Assembly: GCA_013239625.1 (NCBI GenBank)
Contig: MU054323.1
Coordinates: 10,261,186 to 10,325,185 of the forward strand
Direction: 5' to 3'
DNA length: 64,000 bases
Source: Lama guanicoe
Lineage: Eukaryota
The notes beneath the pieces are model-generated. The model searched no databases. It was not told the DNA's origin and worked only from the letters and a program-made list of their open reading frames with translations. Of this stretch, positions 1 to 13,030 are shown piece by piece. Both the position numbers and the translations under genes were made by a program. The first letter of the stretch is position 1, and each line of letters begins with the position of its first letter.

Positions 1-989
1 AAAGCACTCGAGGGTGCCGGGAATGAGTACTAGAGAAATTTCCAGATAAATAGCTGAGATGCAATTTGTTTTATGGCATTTTGGATTTAATGATGGAAAT
101 AATTTGATATTTTTTAGAGTGGATTTAGCGTGGGTGGAAGGCTCCGAATTGCTGTTGTAGAGAGCTGACATTTCTCCTGTGTGTGGGCAGGGCCGTCCAG
201 AGCTGGGTTGCGGGGGCAGGCAGCGTGGTGTGGAGTCTGCCGGCAGGAAACCCCAACTGCTGCCTGGGGAGGGCCCCAGAGGCAAGGCGCATGTCCTGAG
301 GGCCCAGCTGGGGACCAGGGATGGAAATGTATGCTGCCAGCGGGGCAGAGCAGAGCACAGAATACGGGGTCCAGTCTCGCTCCCAGCTCTCCCAGAGACT
401 TGCTGGACCATGGTGGTGATGCACCTCACCTGCCTGGATCTGCCTCTGCTGTAAACTGGGGAGCTGCCCAGTGTCAACCAGTGATGCTAAGAAGGTCCCA
501 CCGCTCAGACTCTGCTCCCTTTCCTCTTCTCCTCTGCCCAGCAACAGTGGGGCTCCCACCCCTTGGGGATGCCCTCTTCCTATGAACAGAGTCTGCGGAC
601 GGCTGGAGATTGCTGGAGGGAGCAGCTGGACTGAAGGATGGCCTATTGTCTAACCTGAGCCCAGCTGCACACCCATTCCCCGCTGACCCAGCTCAGGGGT
701 CTCCTTTGAACTGGGGAGCGGGGCAGGGAAGAACCGATTTGACTCTCAGTCTGCGTCTTGCTGGGCCCAGCAGCACATCTGGAGGAGCGGGTCACTTTTC
801 CATGGTTTGCTTTCTTCGCCTGACTTCCACGAGGCCACACCCTCTGGAATCTCTCCTACATCACTGGCTCCTCTCCCCTCTGCCTCCTTTGTCGGTTCCT
901 CTTTCCTTGACCTCTAAATACTGGGGGCTCACTCCATCCTTGGCCTTCTCTGTGTTTGGGCTGATTTCTCTGAGACTTGTATCTCCTTT

Positions 990-1900
990 CTAGACCTCTT
1001 TCCTGAGCTCCAGCAGTCTGTCTCCCATTGTCTACCGGCAGTCCCCACTTGGCTGTCTACCAGATCAACATAACTCGGTACGTCTGACATTGAACTCCCG
1101 CTCTTGCCCCCAACCCTGCTCCTTCCTCAGCGTTCCCCAACTCAGGTGATGGCAGCTCCCTCCCTCTGGTGGCTTGGGCACATTTCTTGAATTTTATATT
1201 CTAAGTATGCCCAGAATTCAACCACTTTTCACTATCTTTGCTGTTACCGTCTTCATCCAAGCCACCATCATCTCTTGTCTGGATTAATGTAATAGCCATT
1301 GAATTAATTGCCCTGACTTCTCCCTTGGGCCCAAGAGGTCTATTCTCCATAGAGTAGGCAGAGGAACCTTTTAATATGCAAATCACTTCAGGTCACTATT
1401 CGGCTCAACGCCCTCTCATGGCTTAAATACATTCTTCTGATGGTCTGACCCAGTCTTGCCTACTTCTCTCTCCCTCCTGCTCCCCCCACTCACCCTGGCT
1501 GTTTCCTGAGCATGCCAGGCACGCTCCACCTCCGGCACTCGGCCTCTGCTCTGCCAGAGCCCCCACATATTTTCCTGGTTCAGTCCCTCACCTCTTTCAG
1601 GAGTCCACTCAGCTGTCATTCCAGTAGGCTTCCTCTGACCACCCTATTTAAAACTGCAACCTGCCTCTGAACTCCGGCACACCCGACATCCCCCTACCCT
1701 ACTTCTAGTCACCCTCGCCCTGTCTCTTCTGGATGTCCCGATCACGTTTCCTAACTAGTTACTGTCTGTTTGTCCCTCCTCCCTGGTGTGAATGTAGACT
1801 CCTCGAGAGCAAAGGATCTTCCTTTTGTTCCTGGGTATATCCCAAGTTCCTGGAACAGTGACTGGCATATAGTAGGTACTCAGTAAATATTTGCTGAATA
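990..1900 (+). mobile_element. LINE-2 (L2) 3' fragment
   Basis: L2-like blocks ccaagccaccatcatctcttgtctgga and the 3' end cctggaacagtgactggcatatagtaggtactcagtaaatatttgctgaat. Boundaries approximate. Confidence 0.8.
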
Positions 1901-1995
1901 CATTTGAAAGACTTGGGAACTGTCTGCGTGTGAACTGGCCCCTAAGAATATTTGTCTTGCAAGTGATGGGAATGCTAGCATCTAAAATTTAGACT

Positions 1996-2196
1996 GATGG
2001 TTTTGCTCCCCTGCGGTCATTTGGAAATGTCTGGAGGCATTTTGACTGTCATTACTGAGGGGTGCTATGAGCATCTGGTGGGTAGAGGCCTGGGAGGCTG
2101 CTCAACAGCCTACAGTCTACAGGACATGTTCCCCCTACCACAAAGAATTAATTATCTGCTCCAAAATGTTCATAGTGCTGATGTTGAGAAACCCTG
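1996..2196 (+). mobile_element. MER20 (hAT-Charlie non-autonomous DNA transposon), 5'-truncated
   Basis: catttggaaatgtctggaggcattttgactgtca ... gcatctggtgggtagaggcc ... atagtgctgatgttgagaaaccctg matches the MER20 consensus as I recall it. Confidence 0.8.
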
Positions 2197-4061
2197 AGCC
2201 ATGCCACCAGATGAGGCTTAGAAGGACATGGAGAAGCAGGGGCTGGGGCATGTGTGTGTATGATGGGGTGACTTCCTGCAGCTGGAGCCCATTCCAGGCC
2301 CAGGCTGGCCAGGTACACAGGAAGAGCCGCTCCACACACAAGTGCAGTTGAACCAGCAGAGCTGTCAAAGCCTGCAGTTAAATTCTTAGGGTCCACTCCA
2401 TTCTCTAGAGGATCCTCTCTAGATGCCATTTTTTGGCCTCAGGAGGACTGGAGATTGAGGTAGTGCCTGTAAAAGGTCTTTCTCCCTCTCCCAAATGACT
2501 CCTGGGGGGCGGAGGTGGGGAGCGCCTGGGAAGACCAATTATCTTCCCCATGCCTGTGCTATGCCCGACCTGACCAGCAGAGGTGCCCTCTATCCCTGGC
2601 TGAAAATGGGCTTCTTTGGAACTTTCCTTGTGCATCCACAAAGTTTGAGAGCAAGTAGGTCGATTAATAAAATGATAAAATGCAGCAATCCAGAGGAACA
2701 AGTAGATTACAATTGAATTAAAAAAAGGACGCAGTCCTGTGAAAAGACATAACTGATTACAATCCAATCAAGTAAAAGTCCCCTGCAGAAGTCAATGCAA
2801 TCTTTCTGCTTAGATGAAAGAATTACATTAGCACTCAATAAATTCCTGTGAAAATTACAGCAGCTTGTAATTTAATGACTTAATACATTATATCAGGTTG
2901 GAAAGTCCTGATTCTAGCTGCTAAGTGAAAGTTCGAGTCCAGACGTTTCTCACACACAAGGCTGCACCTGTGAAGCTTACTCCTGCAGCTTTGTTTAACC
3001 TCTGAGGTGGGGATGGGGGGTTGTGTACTTTACTCCTGGCTCCCAGCCTGAGGCTCACCTCTTAGGAGCCCTGAGTTTATTCTGTGGACTTACACTGCTT
3101 TCTCATAGCCCTTGTTCCCACATCCGTCGTCCAAATCTGCTCTTGAGTAAGTTTCTGGAGAAGGAGCCCTGGGTCCTGGGCACTAGAGCCCAGATCCCTG
3201 TCCCGGCCCAACAGGAGCAGAAGTTCACCCCCAGGTGAGGGTGTGGCCTGACCCAGCGGGGAGGCTCGCCCTGCAGGGTGTCCCACCAGGACAGCCTGTA
3301 CCATCAGGGTCCTGCACCCCCCAACACAGGCAAGAGGCATGGCTGCTGCTTTGTAGGTCTCCGCCATCTCAGCCTGCTGGCCGTTTAGACCGCTGCAGGC
3401 CTTCGTAAGTGCTGCCTTGGAAGCTCTCCCTGCTTGACAGCTGGACACCCCAGTGGGGTCAGGAACCAGAATGAAGGGCTGTTTCTGGGCTGCAGAGGAT
3501 GACACTCTGGCTTGTCAAGTGGTGGGCTCTAAGTAGAAACCGAGGCCCAAGCAAGTGCGGGGCAGCAAAAACAGGAGCCAGCATCTCTGTGCTGCGTTAT
3601 CAGTGACTCGGGACAAGTCCCTTCAGCTCTGTGGTCTCCATGTTCTCATCTGTGAAATGGGGGAAGTGGATTACGTGGTCTTCCAGCTCTGAGCCCATGC
3701 TTTAAAAAACTTTCAAAATTTTAAATCGCACAAATAATAAGCGAATGTGTCCTTTTTGTAACAGCAGACATTACTGACAAAGCACCCTCAACTCCAGTCC
3801 TCTCTCCAGAAGCAACTAGTTATCTGTACCTTTCAGAACTTTTTCTGTGGTTTTATGTACATATCTGTGGCTATGAGACTGATCTTGAGCTGAATAAAAT
3901 ATGTTTAATCTGGTGTTTTCCTGTGTAAAATAATGTAGCTAAACAAAGTGGTGCCCTTGCAAGAAAGCTTAGGAAGTGGGCTTCAAGTCACACTCCTGCT
4001 GGGAGGAACCACCATCTGCCCATTCAAGCGGAGTTCAGTTCTCCAGTTTTAAGGATGCTCA

Positions 4062-4592
<531 letters not shown>

Positions 4593-5918
4593 TCAGCAAG
4601 GATGGTCCAAACCTAGACATTTCCCCTCATGGAGGCCCTTTTCCCTGCAAGCAGCAGCTGTGGGGTTTATAATGGATGTACGACGCGGGTGGTCTGAGAT
4701 GCTATTGGCCCATCCTAGTTCACTCAGACTCTCTGCCAAATCCTCATTCCTGATCCATTAGAAAAGGAGAGGTGATAAGAACGATTTAAAGGCTTGTTAA
4801 TGAAAGGACAGCCAGAAGAATTATTTAGCTCAGAGAAAAGAAGCCTGGGGTGGGGGTGGGGTTGGGGGTTCTAGAGACTCCATGGAGTCCAGACACAGCA
4901 ATGTGGACACGCCACCTCTGTCCTGCTCACTGCCCCAGGGTTCTGGGGCTTTGGCAGGTTGCCTCAGAAAGTTGTTTCAACCTGAAGGCGTGGTTTGCTA
5001 GGAAAACTGCTGCCCTGGAAGTAATCCTTGCTCTGCCCACTCCTGCTATGGCTGAGAGGTAAGGTGTACCTTTCTCATTTTCCATGCATGATTTACATAG
5101 TCATTTGCATCAATCTGCATGCGTTATGAATCATTCTGAACTCTTTCACATGTTTAAATTTAGCCAAATCATTATATTTTAGAAGTTGTTTGTTCCTGAT
5201 GCGTTTTTCCCCCTATTTCTCCAGCCCCAGCCAAGACTGAACTCCAGCCCCATCTGGGTCTTGACCCAGTTCTTGGCAGTGAGGTGGGATGAAAAGAGCC
5301 CCAGGTCTGAGTCACATGCTGGGCGCTCTGCTGGCTGTGTGACTCGGGACAGCTTGGTTAACCTCTCGGAGCCTCAGCTTCCCATAACAAGAAAAAAAAT
5401 GAGAACAAGGACCCTGCCCCCCATGAAGGTAAGCAGTGGATTTTAAAAAATTGCAAATCGCTGCCAAGTGCAAGATGAGACTCAGGGCTGGGATCAGCTC
5501 TGCAGACCCCAAAGGAGACAGTAGAACTTGGCAATCCAGCTGGATTTTACTTTCCCATGTGATGGCCTCAGACCCACACTTCCTCCTGGACCAAGACGGG
5601 CTTAAAGTCAGGGGGAGCTGGCAGCTGGATTAGTTGTAGGGTAGGGAGTGCCTTCCTTATCAGCCCTCTGGGGCCTGAAATCACACCATCTTTACTCCTT
5701 TGGAAGCTTCTAGTTGCTACTTCACGGCTGATCTCCTGGGGGACGGGCTGTGCCACAGTGAAAAAAGCACAGGCTTGATGCAGACAGACCTGGATCCAAA
5801 TCCACCTGTCACCCAGGGCCAGGAGCTGGATGAGACACCTCCCGCCCAGATGCCAGCCCTGGTGAGTGCCTCCTGAACTTTTGTCTTAGGCACATTGCTT
5901 ACCTCTCCTGGTCCTGGC

Positions 5919-6098
5919 CATTACTGACTAGCTGTGTGACCCTGGGTAGGTTATGTACCCTCTCTGAGCTCCAGTTTCCTCATCTATAAAAGGGGGATAA
6001 TATTTACCTTGAAAGGTTGTTGTGAGAGTTAAATGAGGTAGTGTCTATAAGGACCTAATTCAGCCCCTGGAGGGTATCTAGTGAGTAACAAATATAGC
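5919..6098 (+). mobile_element. MIR SINE (representative; further MIR fragments near 3600, 5300, 6880, 10920, 15880, 24050, 26030-26300, 27330, 44330-44580, 47460-47890, 52390, 55480, 56520, 60330-60700, 61570)
   Basis: CORE-SINE core tagctgtgtgaccctgggtagg...ctctctgagctccagtttcctcatctataaaagggggataat. Confidence 0.8.
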
Positions 6099-7815
6099 TG
6101 AGGATCTGATGTACCCTTGTGGGTGAGCCTGTCTACGCCTCTCCTAGGGGTGACTCCTGGGAGGCAGAAGTGGGTGAGTGAATGAGGCCCTGGTTTCTAG
6201 AGAGCAGAAAAATAGGTGAAGTAGAGCATGGCAGAGGCGCCAGGGTCTAGGGTGTGCAGTTTCGCCCAGGACCTAGCTCCACAGGCGACGAGCGGCGCAC
6301 AGGCCGGCCATGGCACCTCTGAAGACCCCTGCACTGTACGAGTCAAGTCAAACTCCTGCCAGAATAACAACCTCAGCCTGAATCTCTGAAGCTTTCTTCC
6401 CATCCTTTGTAAACAATTTATTTTTGATGGTTGACAAACGACAGCAAATTAATATACCTGCCACTCAAGTGGGGAAAACGACTTGCAGTGACTCCAATTT
6501 ACTGGAAATTACAGGATACTGTTCTCGACAAGCTGATGCTGTAATTTTTTTGTTTTCCTCATTTAAATCCATGTCCCCTGGTCAGAATGGATGTTTATTG
6601 GGTTTGTGTTTTGTATTATTGACTGTGAGCTATTGTTACCTGATGTAATTGAGTTGTGAATCTTTTTTAAATAAAAGATTAGCAGCAAATCAAAGTGGCT
6701 GCCGGCCGGATCCTGAAATGAGCGTCCAGCTGGGATGCAGCACGATGGTGGCATCGGCACCAGACCGCAGAGGGGCTACCGGGGTGGGGGGGGGCAAGGA
6801 GTGAGAGGACCCCACTTGGAGACATGAAGCACCTCATTTCTCTCCTGCACCAGCTCTGGGCTCTGCCTCTAATTCCCAGTGGGACCTTGAGTGAGTCCCC
6901 TCCATCCTTGGAGGCCCGGTTTCCTTTGCTGTGAGATGAGAGTAAGGTCCACCCAGCTTATCCATCCTGGCCTCCAGGGCTACTGTGCCAGCACCTAGAC
7001 GCGAGGGCACGTGCAGAGTGTGATCAGTGGGAGATCTCTGTTCAGATCTGCAGTGCTTTTGACCAGATGGTCATGTGAGCCATCAGGGGACACCCTGGGG
7101 GTCAGTGGTGGAGGCGTGTGCTCCTTGCTGCCCCAGTTCCATTTCGATTTTGCATCAATGAGCAAGGCTCATTGTCCACTAGTTCTCAACCACCTTCCTG
7201 ACCCAGAAGTATCAGAGCTGGAAGAGCTCTCAACCTCTCTCTACAACCCTGTCGGTGGTGGGAACTGAACCCAACCTCCATTCTGCCTGCAGCCACTGAT
7301 CTCTGCACCACGCCCACTCCCTCCCTGCCCTCCCCCGACTTTCCCTGCTCTGAGTGCTTCATGGCTGTGGCTATGCGCACAATCACTCTGGCAATTATTC
7401 ATGCCTTGTGACTCTCTTCGACAGTCGTCTAGAACTTTATCGGCATTGTGAACTGTTCTTGAGCTTTTCTACCCTGTGGTCTCTGCAAAGACTGTGAGGG
7501 TCCGCAGTCACAGTCCTCCAGACAACTTCTACAGCACCTACTCAGAGCCCGGCACACAGCGGGCGCTCCACGGCTGTGGATTTGAATGATGGTGTCAACC
7601 AGCTGCAAGTGCTGGTCCCTGGAGCCAGGTGAGGAAATGAGTGTCAGTGATGGTGGCCGTCAGGAACAGCTGTGGCCCAGGTTGGGCGGCAGGCTGTGCT
7701 GGCTCCAGCTGGGCTCTGGGCCCTCTGGTAACATTATGTCGGAGGAACAAGTGAAGCATGTGCGAACTGTCAGGAGTTGTGGGCTGTGCTTGACAAATGT
7801 TTTTATAGAGGATCT

Positions 7816-7849
<34 letters not shown>

Positions 7850-7855
7850 TGTGTG
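7816..7855. repeat. (TG)n microsatellite, with a (GGCA)n tract nearby at ~7914-7951
   Basis: About 20 TG units with one TA interruption, read directly. Confidence 0.95.
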
Positions 7856-8453
7856 CTGTATGTGGGAAGATGGTGGGAGGAGGAAGGCTGAGAAGGATTT
7901 GGAACTCTGCAGAGGCAGGCAGGAAGGAAGTCAGGCAGGCAGGCAGGCAGGCTGCAAGGAGGGAGAGAAGGATGAAGGGGGAGGTGGCTGGCTGACATTG
8001 CCGCATGCAGACTGCCTCTGCGTGGCTGTGTCACACATGGAATTGCACTAAATCCCCAGCAGGCCTTGGAGCTGGGCTCTGTCAGTGTCTGTCCCCATTT
8101 TATGGTGAGGCTGAGTCTCTTGCCCCAGCGCATACCCCACAATCCATCTCTTGCTCTGATCCTCCCCAGCCACCCACCGCCCTGGCACTCAGAACCATGA
8201 CTCAGAAATCTCCCCAGTCAGGTGCCCCTCTCGCTGTTACCCTAATCCTTGCCTGTCCTTCTCAACCACGCTCCTTGAGACAGCACTGTCACTCATCGTC
8301 CTGGCTTCCCAGCCCCTCTGGGTATTCTCTCTGGGTATGCCTTCTTCCCACCCCCGCAGCCACTCAACCCTCCCCATCGTGCTGATTCTACCTCCCAAAC
8401 ATTCTAACCTCTCCTTCCACATGTCTTCTACCCTGATTAAACCCCTTTTGACT

Positions 8454-8542
8454 TTTTTTTTTAAATGGAGGTACTGGGGATTGAACCCAGGACCTTACAT
8501 ATGCTAAGTACACATTCTACCACTGAACGATACTCTCCCCTC
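8454..8542 (-). mobile_element. tRNA-derived SINE, camelid vic-1-like (short form), inserted into an L2 fragment
   Basis: Minus strand has an A-box-like gtatcgttcagtggtag, a B-box GGTTCAATCC and an A-rich tail. 14-bp TSD aaccccttttgact (8440-8453) / aagccctcttgact (8543-8556), 2 mismatches. Confidence 0.8.
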
Positions 8543-11500
8543 AAGCCCTCTTGACTCTTGCCTGGATGACCTCAACAGCCTTCCCTCTGCTCTCCCTTCA
8601 CCAGAAGGACTAACTGTATTTGAGAGGTGAGGCTCCAGCCTCTGGCCAGGTCCTGCCTCAGGTCTGGCCTTGTCCCGCCTCAGCTCTGGCCTTGTCCCAG
8701 GGGCTTCTTCTGCCAGCAAGACCTTCCCCTCTTCTTTGTAGACAATTCTATCATCTCCAAGACTTAACTCAGGCTTCTGTCTCCTTGTGGAAGCCATCCA
8801 CGAATTCGGGCCCTTCCCCTGGCCCCTGACAACAGCGCCTTGTGTAAACCTCCACTGATGTGCTTTCTACCTGACACTGAAATGCTTTGTTCCTATGTCC
8901 ACCACTGGCTGGGCTCCTCTTGTTCAGGGACTGGATCTTTTTCCACTTTATATACTTAGTGTCAGATATGGTGTCCAAATAGGTGCTTAATACAGTCTGC
9001 TGAGATTCGCAAAGCAAGAGGGGGGCAGGTCTGGACACTAGGACATACATTCTTGGAGGGAGTGACTGCATCACTGCTCCTATTTAGACAGAGAAAGTGG
9101 CAAATCCAGGGGAAGGGGAAGCCCAGGGCAGGAAATCTGGGGGTGGGGGTGTGGTGGGGTAGAGATTTAGGTTTTGCCTCTGAACCCTCACCCCAGCCTG
9201 CTGTCTTCTTCCTCCCGGCTTGTCCTTCCTCTCCTCTTTCTGTGTCTCTTCCTTTGTGGTGGTAGATAAAAGAGCAGAAGGTGGGCGATGGACCCCAGGT
9301 AAATGACCAGTTAAGAGCTGGGGTGTTTTCACCTCTATGCATCCCTGAGGAAGCCCCAGGCAATGATGGCCCCACCTTGGCCGACGATGGTAGGTGCTTG
9401 ATAAACGTTAGCTCCCTTTCCTTCACCTCTCTGACTGGTAGGCAGCCAGGTCGGCTGGAGCAATAATAGGCCAGGCCTCAGGCAGCAGCCAGGCAGCACT
9501 AGCTGAGCCCTACTTCCAGGAATAGATGGACTCCCGAAGGAATGCTCCCAGCCCTTCTCCTCCCAAGAACCTTTCCCTCATGTCTGTCCTTCTGTGTGTC
9601 CCGTATTTATCTCGCTAGATAAACTGCACTTACTAAATAAGAATTAGTTAATATGGAGAAAATATCTTCCAGAAAAAAAGCAACTGACTTCTCAACCTAG
9701 AGATTCTGACTTGGGGTCATTCTGATGTGGTCTGTACAGCAAATCATTAAAAGGTCTGCTTCTTTGATGCAAAGCTATATGACCAATAGGCATTTATTGT
9801 CCAAGCCCTGAGCCTCATCCAGGATCAAGAATGAGGTGAGGGGCAGGAATATCTGTAACAGCCTTTACTGAGTTAAAAAACAAGGAGTCAAAAGCAACAA
9901 TAAAAATCCCAAACCAGCGTTTTTCTGTTTTGATTCTTCCATTTTGATATGGTGCTATCTCAGGCCAGTGCAAAAGAGTCCTGTAGATCAAAATGTCCTC
10001 TCTATCCATATGGACACTTTAAAGAAAAGTGGCTCCTTGTGTGTGTTTCCAAAGAGCTTTCAGGAGGCAGCACTGGGGCCTGCGAGCTAGTCTCAATATT
10101 CCAAAGACAGGTGGAAACAGTTCTCTGGCTTGGGCAGGGCTTACATCAACGCAGGGTGGTGATGCAGTGGCAATTCACGCAGATCAGAAACCTGGCTAGA
10201 CTGAGACATGGCTGTGATTAATAAGAAATGGGAAAATGAATTAATTATTACTTAATAAGTGCAGTTTGGCAGGCAAAATCTTTCAAATCATGGGGCTCAT
10301 CTGAAGAAGTCAGAAAAATGTCCTTGGAAGCTGAGATGTTAGGAACTAGTGCTGTTCCTGGAGATGCTGCCTGGCCACTGCCTGACACCACTGGCGGAGT
10401 CTCTGCGGACGGGCCGGGGGCACGGACTGCATGCAGGGTGTGTGCGAGGCGCTTGTGCGTGATACTCGCAGCCAGCTGGGCAGGTGTTGGCACCCTCAAC
10501 CCGTATGTTTTACAGATGGAGAAGCAGAGTCTCAAGAGATTAAATAACCTGCCTGAGTTTGGAAGTGGGTCTGATTCACACTATCTCAGGGGGAACGCAG
10601 TCCATGAGGACCCCCCATAACTGACAGGGGACTTCCAGCCACTCTGGCTCAGGAGTTGCCCTAGGCAGGGAAGGACCAAGGGGTCTTGTTGGGGGTTACT
10701 GTTGAGGCCTCTGCCTTACAGCTCCTCTGCTTCCTTCTTCATGTTGCTTTCTGCAGACAGGCATCTGCACCAAGGAATATCCCTTCAGGTGATGGGGCCT
10801 CCCCTCCCAGGCTCTCATTTCCAGAGGCTTCCTGGAGATGGGTCCTGCCTGATTCCTTGGCTTCCACCCTCCCCCCACTTCCTGTTTCCTGCCTCTCAGA
10901 GTCCAGGTGTGAGTTTCAGTGGAAAGAACACAGATTTTGAGCCTGAGGGTCCTGGGTCCAAATTCCAGCTTTGTCACTGCTTGTGTGGCCTTCGATCTGC
11001 TGATAAGCTTCTCTGACCCCAGTTTCTTCATAGGGAAACAAGGGAATATGGATAAAACAGTAATAATGACATCCATCTCCTTGCTAAACGAAGGAGAAAT
11101 ACCTAGTGGGTCCTCAACAAACATGGCTGCCCTTCTCTCTAAGACAGCCAATGACCCCCAGAAGTGGGGAAGTGGGGCCCAGCAGGAAGGGGAGGCCTGG
11201 CCTGCTCAGTGTGGCAGGGCCAGCGGTAGATGGATGTCTTTGGCTGTTTACTGGGGATGTGTGGGAACAGGAGCGTCTAATCTGATTGCAGCCAAACCTT
11301 ATTGCATTCCTACCCAGAATGTCATTTAAAAGCACTTAAGGCTCTCCCCAGAATGCATTTACACCGAGGTCCCAGGGGCAGGGCTACACAGAACAGGGCA
11401 ACCTGAGCAGCTCCTTTCCCTCCCCGGGGGCTGAGGATGAGCTGGAGGCTGGGGGTTGCGGCAGGGGAAGTAGCTTGCTTTGCACTGTGTTCAGCCTCCC

Positions 11501-11759
11501 GGAGGGGGCATTTGCACAAACAAGGACATAATTACGAGGCTTCCTGTTAAACAGCCCAGTGTGCGGTGGAAGGAGCTGCCGCGGAGCTGTGCCTCACAAT
11601 TCTGGGCTTGGAGGTGGTTTGTGGGCCACGTGGATGTGGGGAGGCTCTTGACTGTCTGAGTTTCCTCATTTGTAAAATGAGGACTGTGGCACTGGCCTTG
11701 TCTGCGTCATGAAGCTGTGTGAAGATGTGATCTAACCTGTGTGAGGATGTGATCTAACC

Positions 11760-12080
11760 CAGCGGTTCTCTGCAGCTGCATCAGCGTCACCTGGGAACTT
11801 GCTAGAAATTCATACTCTCAATGAATGAATGAATGAATGGATACCATGAGTACAACGAATACCACTTATGTCTCCCTCCTCAACCTGCATCCAGTAAATG
11901 TCAATGTTTTGTCATAGTTGCTTCATTAATGTAAAAATATTTAGCATAAAAAAAGAAATTCATAATCTTGGACCCCACTCCAAACCTACAAAGTCACACA
12001 CTCCATGAGCAGAGCCAGTGATCGGTGTTTTAACTGGCCTTCCTGTCATTCCGATGCCTGTGCAAGGTCAGGAACCACTG
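11760..12080 (+). mobile_element. MER5A (hAT-Charlie MITE) interrupted by a 135-bp retroposed insert at 11819-11953
   Basis: Termini cagcggttctc ... gaaccactg, internal catcagcgtcacctgggaacttgctagaaat, and hAT-type 8-bp TSD atctaacc / gtctaagc. Confidence 0.8.
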
Positions 12081-12637
12081 GTCTAAGCCCTACCATTAGC
12101 TTTGTTGAGCTGAGTGCCCACCAGAGCCGGGCCTCCCCTGAGCCTGGCCTTGCTCTGGGGGAACACTGAGGGGTGGGGTTAGGCGTGGGACAGGAGTTGG
12201 AGAATAGCTGCTTTTCTTGCAAACAATGAAGGCCCAGGAAAGGAGACTCAAGGATAACAAATCATCTTTCATGTGTATCATAAGTTCGTTTTCCAAACAC
12301 TTTTACATTCACTGCCTCATTCGAACTGCATTAAGTAATATTCAAAGACCAGCCTGCTATAATTATAATTACTAATACAGCTAAAGAATGTTCCAAAGCT
12401 AGCTCATGCATGCATGTTATCTCCACAAATAGTCTGCGGGCTCCTTGAGGACAGGGGACATGTCTTCCTTTCTTGCCATATTCCATTATCCCAGATCTCC
12501 CCATCTCCAGCCCTCACACTCCACTATGGGCCAGAGTCTGTGGCCTCAGAGCCTTGGTGTGCCGGGGCACCCCAGGGTGGGGCTTGCACCCACAGCTAGG
12601 ACCCCAGTCCTCTTCAGGAGGGTAGATCTGTCCTTTA

Positions 12638-13030
<393 letters not shown>

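Noticed and set aside
8465..8540. tRNA gene
   Set aside because: It has A/B-box-like motifs but also an A-tail and TSDs, and I could not see an intact cloverleaf: a SINE.
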